In this document: positions 59,941-64,000 of the stretch, piece by piece
How positions within the stretch are numbered: position 1 is the first letter of the stretch
How the letters are laid out: the number at the start of each line of letters is the position of its first letter
DNA from: Torpedo marmorata
Taxonomy: Eukaryota
Direction: 5' to 3'
DNA: 64,000 bases
Assembly (NCBI GenBank): GCA_977017645.1
Contig: OZ360237.1
Span: forward strand, 19,158,001 to 19,222,000
Translations under genes and position numbers: made by a program
Notes under the pieces: model-generated
What the model was told of the DNA's origin: nothing
Seen by the model: only the letters and a program-made list of their open reading frames with translations
The model's database searches: none

Positions 59941-62900
59941 AATCAGAATTTATTGTCATGAACAAGTCATGAAATTCGATGTTTTGCGGCAGCATCATAG
60001 TGCAAACATTCATATTATAACCATCTTACGACATTACTATAAAAAAAAAATATATAAATAATAGTGCACGAAAAGTAAGGCAGTGTCTTTGGTTCATTGA
60101 TTATTCAGGAATCTGATGGCAGCGGGGAAGAAGCTGTCCTTGTGCTGTTTGTTGAGTGCTCGACTTTAGGCTCCTGTACCTTTTTCCCGGTGGTAGCAGA
60201 GTGAAGAGGGCATGGCCTGGGTGGTGGGGGTCTTTGAGGATAGAGGCTGGTTTTTTAAGACACCGCCTCATGGAGATGTCCTCGATGGAGTGAAGTTTGG
60301 TGTCTGTGATGTCACAGGCTGAGTTAACAACCCTCTGGAGTTTACTCTTGTCCTGAGAGTTGGAGCCTCCATACCAGGCAGTGATGCAACCAGCCAGAAT
60401 GCTCTCCACGGTACACCTGTAGAAGTTTACGAGAGTCTTCGGTGACATATCGAATCTCCTCAGACACCTCACAAAGTATAGCCGCTGGTGAGCCTTCTTT
60501 GTGATTGCATCAACGTGGAGACTCCAGGACAGGTCCTCGGAGATGTTGACACCCAGGAATTTGAAGTTCTTGACCCTCTCCACTACTGAGCCCTCGATGA
60601 GGACTGGGTCGTGTTCCCCTGACTTCCTCCTGAAGTCCACAATCTTCTCCTTGGTTTTGCTGACTTTGACCGCAAGGTTGTTGTCATTACACCATTCAAC
60701 GAGCTGATCTATCTCCCTCCTGTATGCTTCCTCATTGCCGTTTGTGATTCTGCCGACAACTGTGGTGTCATCAGCAAACTTGTAGATGGCATTGGAATTG
60801 TGCCTGGCCACACAGTCATGGGTGTATAAACGTGTAGAGCAGCGGGCTAAGCACGCATTCTTGGGGTGCGCCTGTGTTGATAGTGAGGAGGAGACGTTGT
60901 TTCCAATTCGTACTGACTGTGGTCTTCCAAAGTCAAGGATCCAGTTGCAGAGTGGGGTACAGAGGCCTAGAGTTTGTAGCTTCTTGACCAGCACTGAGGG
61001 AATAATGGTATTGAAGGCCGAGCTGTAGTCGATGAAGAGCAGCCGTATGTATGAATTGCTGTTTTCGAGGTGATCCAGAGCTGAGTGGAGAGCCAGCGAT
61101 ATTGCATCTGCTGTGGAGCGATTGTGACGATAGGCGAATTGCAGTGGGTTCAGATCTTTGCTTAGGTATGTGTTAATTCTAGCCATGACCAGCCTCTCAA
61201 AGCATTTAATCACAGTAGAAGTTAGTGCTACTGGGCGGTAGTCGTTGAGGCAGCTCACACTACTCTTCTTGGGTACCGGGATGATTGATGCCCTTTTGAA
61301 GCAGGTTGGAACCTCTGACTGCCGCAAAGAGAGGTTGAAAATGTCCGTGAACACTCCGGCTAGTTGGTTGGCGCAGATTTTCAGTACCCTGCTAGGTACG
61401 TCGTCAGGGCCTGACGCCTTGTGAAGTTTCACCCTCTTGAATGATGTTCTGACGTCGCCCTCAGAGACAGATATCACAGGGTCCTCAGCATTTTAAGGGA
61501 TTCTAGTAGGCACTGTTTGGTGGTTATTCTCAAAGCGGGCATAGAAGGTGTTCAGCTCATCTGGTAGTGAAGCATCACAGCCGTCTATTGTGTTCGCCCT
61601 CGCTTTGTAGGCTGTAATGGCCTGCACTCCCTGCCATAGCTGGCATGTCTCTGTCTTTAGCTTCCTCCGGAATTGCCACTTTGCTTCAGAGATGGCCTTC
61701 CGCAGGTCGTGCCTGGACTTCTTGTAAAGATCCCGATGCCGGCTTAAACGCCCTTGTTCTCGTCCTCAGCAGGTTGCGAATTCTCTGATTCATCCAGGGC
61801 TACTGGTTGGGGAACACCCAGTATTTGCGCGTGGGCACACACTCATCCACGCAGGTCTTGATGAAGTCGGTGACACCTGTTGCATATTCATTCAGGTCTA
61901 TGGATGAGTTCTTGAATATGTTCCAGTCCACTGATTCAAAGCAGTCCTGCAGACGCTCCTCCGCCTCCCTCGACCAAACCTTCGCCATCCTCACCACTGG
62001 TGCTGTGGTCTTCAGTCTCTGCTTGTACGCCGGGAGTTGAAGTACAGCCAGGTGATCAGACTTGCCGAAGTGCGGTCGTAGTATGGCTCGTTATGCGTTC
62101 TTCATGGTGGTGTAGTTGTGTTGGTTCCCCTGGTCTCGCATGTGACGTGTTGGTGGTAGTTTGTAAGAGACTTCTTCAGGTTGGCCTGATTGAAGTCTCC
62201 CACAATGATCGGGAAGGCATCAGGATGTGCTGTCTCATGGCTGTTTATCACAGTGCTCAGTCCCTCCAGTGCCAGCCTAAAGTTAGCCTTGGGCGGAATG
62301 TACACTGCGACCAGGACGATGGCGGTGAACTCCCTCGGCAGGTAGAATGGGCGACACTTGATCGCCAGATGTTCTAGGTTAGGGGAACAGGACTGGGACA
62401 TGACTGTCAAGTCTGTCCACCACGATGAATTGATGATGACTCAAACGCCGCCTCCCCTGGTTGTTCCGTCAGCGCGATGGAAGGTATAGCCCTTGGGCTG
62501 CAGCACCGTGTCCGGAATGTCCGCGTTTAGCCACGTTTCCGTAAAGCACATCGCACGGCACTCCCTGATAACTCTCTGATGTTGAAGTCTGGCTTGGAGT
62601 TCATCAAGTTTGTTCTCCAAGGATTGTACGTTGGCCAGGAGGATGGTAGGGAGCGGAAGCTTCAGGTCCCAGCTTGACCTGTAGCCCCTCTCTGCGTCCA
62701 CGTGGTCGGGTCTTCTTTACTTGGCCCGTGGGTCCGTTGCTGATAGTTCCCGCGGTGTTTAAATGGTCCGTGTGCTGTCCCTTTAAATTCTCCGCGATGT
62801 TTAAGTGTGCTGAGTGCCTACTGTGTGTGACTCCCGTGAAGTTTAAATGGCCCATTCTCTGGCTGTTTAAAACTCCCGCGGTGTTGTTGTTGTACGTGCG

Positions 62901-62990
62901 TGAGTTGTTTAAAGGTCCCGCGGCCCGACGGAGACTGCTGATTCTGCCGATTCCCAGGTCTGCCAGTGAACTTAGTACATCTATGTTGGG
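59941..62990 (-). mobile_element. Near-full-length Rex1/Babar LINE with frameshifts
   Basis: APE (LPTILLANVQSLENKLDEL, CFTETWL, AVYIPP, IVGDFN), RT ORF 60101-61477 ([26 protein letters not shown]) and 3' tail. The 5' boundary is approximate. Confidence 0.92.
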
Positions 62991-63076
62991 TAAGTTTGAT
63001 TTTATGTTTCACGTTTTTTGTTTGATTTTTAGAAGTTCTGAACAGGAATATTTGATTATTCAAATATTATGTTTGA

Positions 63077-63324
63077 CATCGGGAAAAAGGTGCAGGAGAC
63101 TAAAGACGAGCACTCAACGGCACAAGGACAGCTTCTTCCCCGCTGCCATCAGATTCCTGAATAATTAATGAACCAAAGACACTGCCTTACTTTTCGTGCA
63201 CTATTGTTTATAATTTTCATAGTAATGTCGTTAGATGGTTAATATGAATGTTAATTGCACTATGATGCTGCGGCAAAACACAGAATTTCATGACTTGTTC
63301 ATGACAATAAATTCTGATTCTGAT
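63077..63324 (+). mobile_element. Rex1/Babar 3' fragment
   Basis: [28 protein letters not shown] plus 3' UTR and ATTCTG tail. Confidence 0.88.
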
Positions 63325-63379
63325 TGATGTTGACACAGTTTGAGTCACAATATTGAATCATGCATGGGGTAAGACCAAA

Positions 63380-63600
63380 GACGAAGGAGCAGAATAGGGA
63401 CATACAGTCTTTCGAGTCTACTTCGCCATTGGAATCATGGCTGATGTATTTTCCCTCTAAACCCCATTACCTTTGACATCCTTACTAATCAAAAACCTAT
63501 CGACCTCCACATTAAATATACCCAATGACTTGGCCTCCACAGCCTTATATGGCAATGAATTCCACAGATTCAATGCCCTCTGACTGAAAAAACTCTCCTC
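63380..63600 (-). mobile_element. CR1-type LINE 3' fragment
   Basis: On -: TTTCAGTCAGAGGGCATTGAATCTGTGGAATTCATTGCC (FSQR..NLWNSLP). Confidence 0.65.
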
Positions 63601-64000
63601 ACGACTGGCCCTCAATGTTTATCATTAATTGCCCTGAACTAAGAAGGCAGTTTAAAGTTAACCAGATTGGTAATGTTGGAGTTGTATGTTGGGCGGACTA
63701 AGGTAGACCAAATTTCTTCTCTGAATGATATTAATGAACAAGATGGGATTTTGCCACACTCTAGTAATCTCCTGGTTGTTGTGACTGAAACTAACCATTT
63801 AATTGCTTTAAATTAATTTAAATTCTCCAGCTTCTGTGGTGGGATTTGAATTAATTTAATCAAGTCAGTGGTTAAAAACTCTAACCTCATTTTTGCTGTT
63901 GATATTGGTGGTGTGGAGACTGCTGGCAAGCCAACTTTTATTTTTTATTCTTGATAAGATGGTGGTGAATCGTTACAATCGTTCTGGTGAAATTTCTCAG

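Noticed and set aside
59941-63324. Rex1 element apparently flanked by inverted terminal repeats
   Set aside because: Best explained by an independent 3' fragment of an abundant family inserted in the opposite orientation; no enclosing TSD seen.

Overview
Vertebrate genomic DNA, most likely from a cartilaginous fish (inferred from HE1-type V-SINEs that share their tail with a CR1/HER1 LINE, plus Rex1 and Penelope repeats). The only host coding sequence I can support is one 86-bp internal exon of a BRSK/SAD kinase (30424-30509, +), so the window is probably two very large introns. These are packed with nested transposable elements: CR1, Rex1/Babar, RTE and L1 LINEs, Penelope-like elements whose pseudo-LTRs carry minimal hammerhead ribozyme motifs, V-SINEs, a 5S-derived SINE, an intact DD35D pogo (Passer-type) transposon, Tigger-like and Chapaev3 non-autonomous elements, a Mag-like Gypsy element and BEL/Pao elements. 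The most unusual object is a very young BEL/Pao element (44128-50143, -). Its RT/RNase H/integrase core is replaced in frame by a coiled-coil region resembling host MIPOL1, its Gag has a SAP domain, and its LTRs carry housekeeping-promoter motifs. Neither full LTR element has an obvious tRNA primer-binding site; both have leaders complementary to their own LTR. Protein family assignments come from recalled motifs, not database searches.
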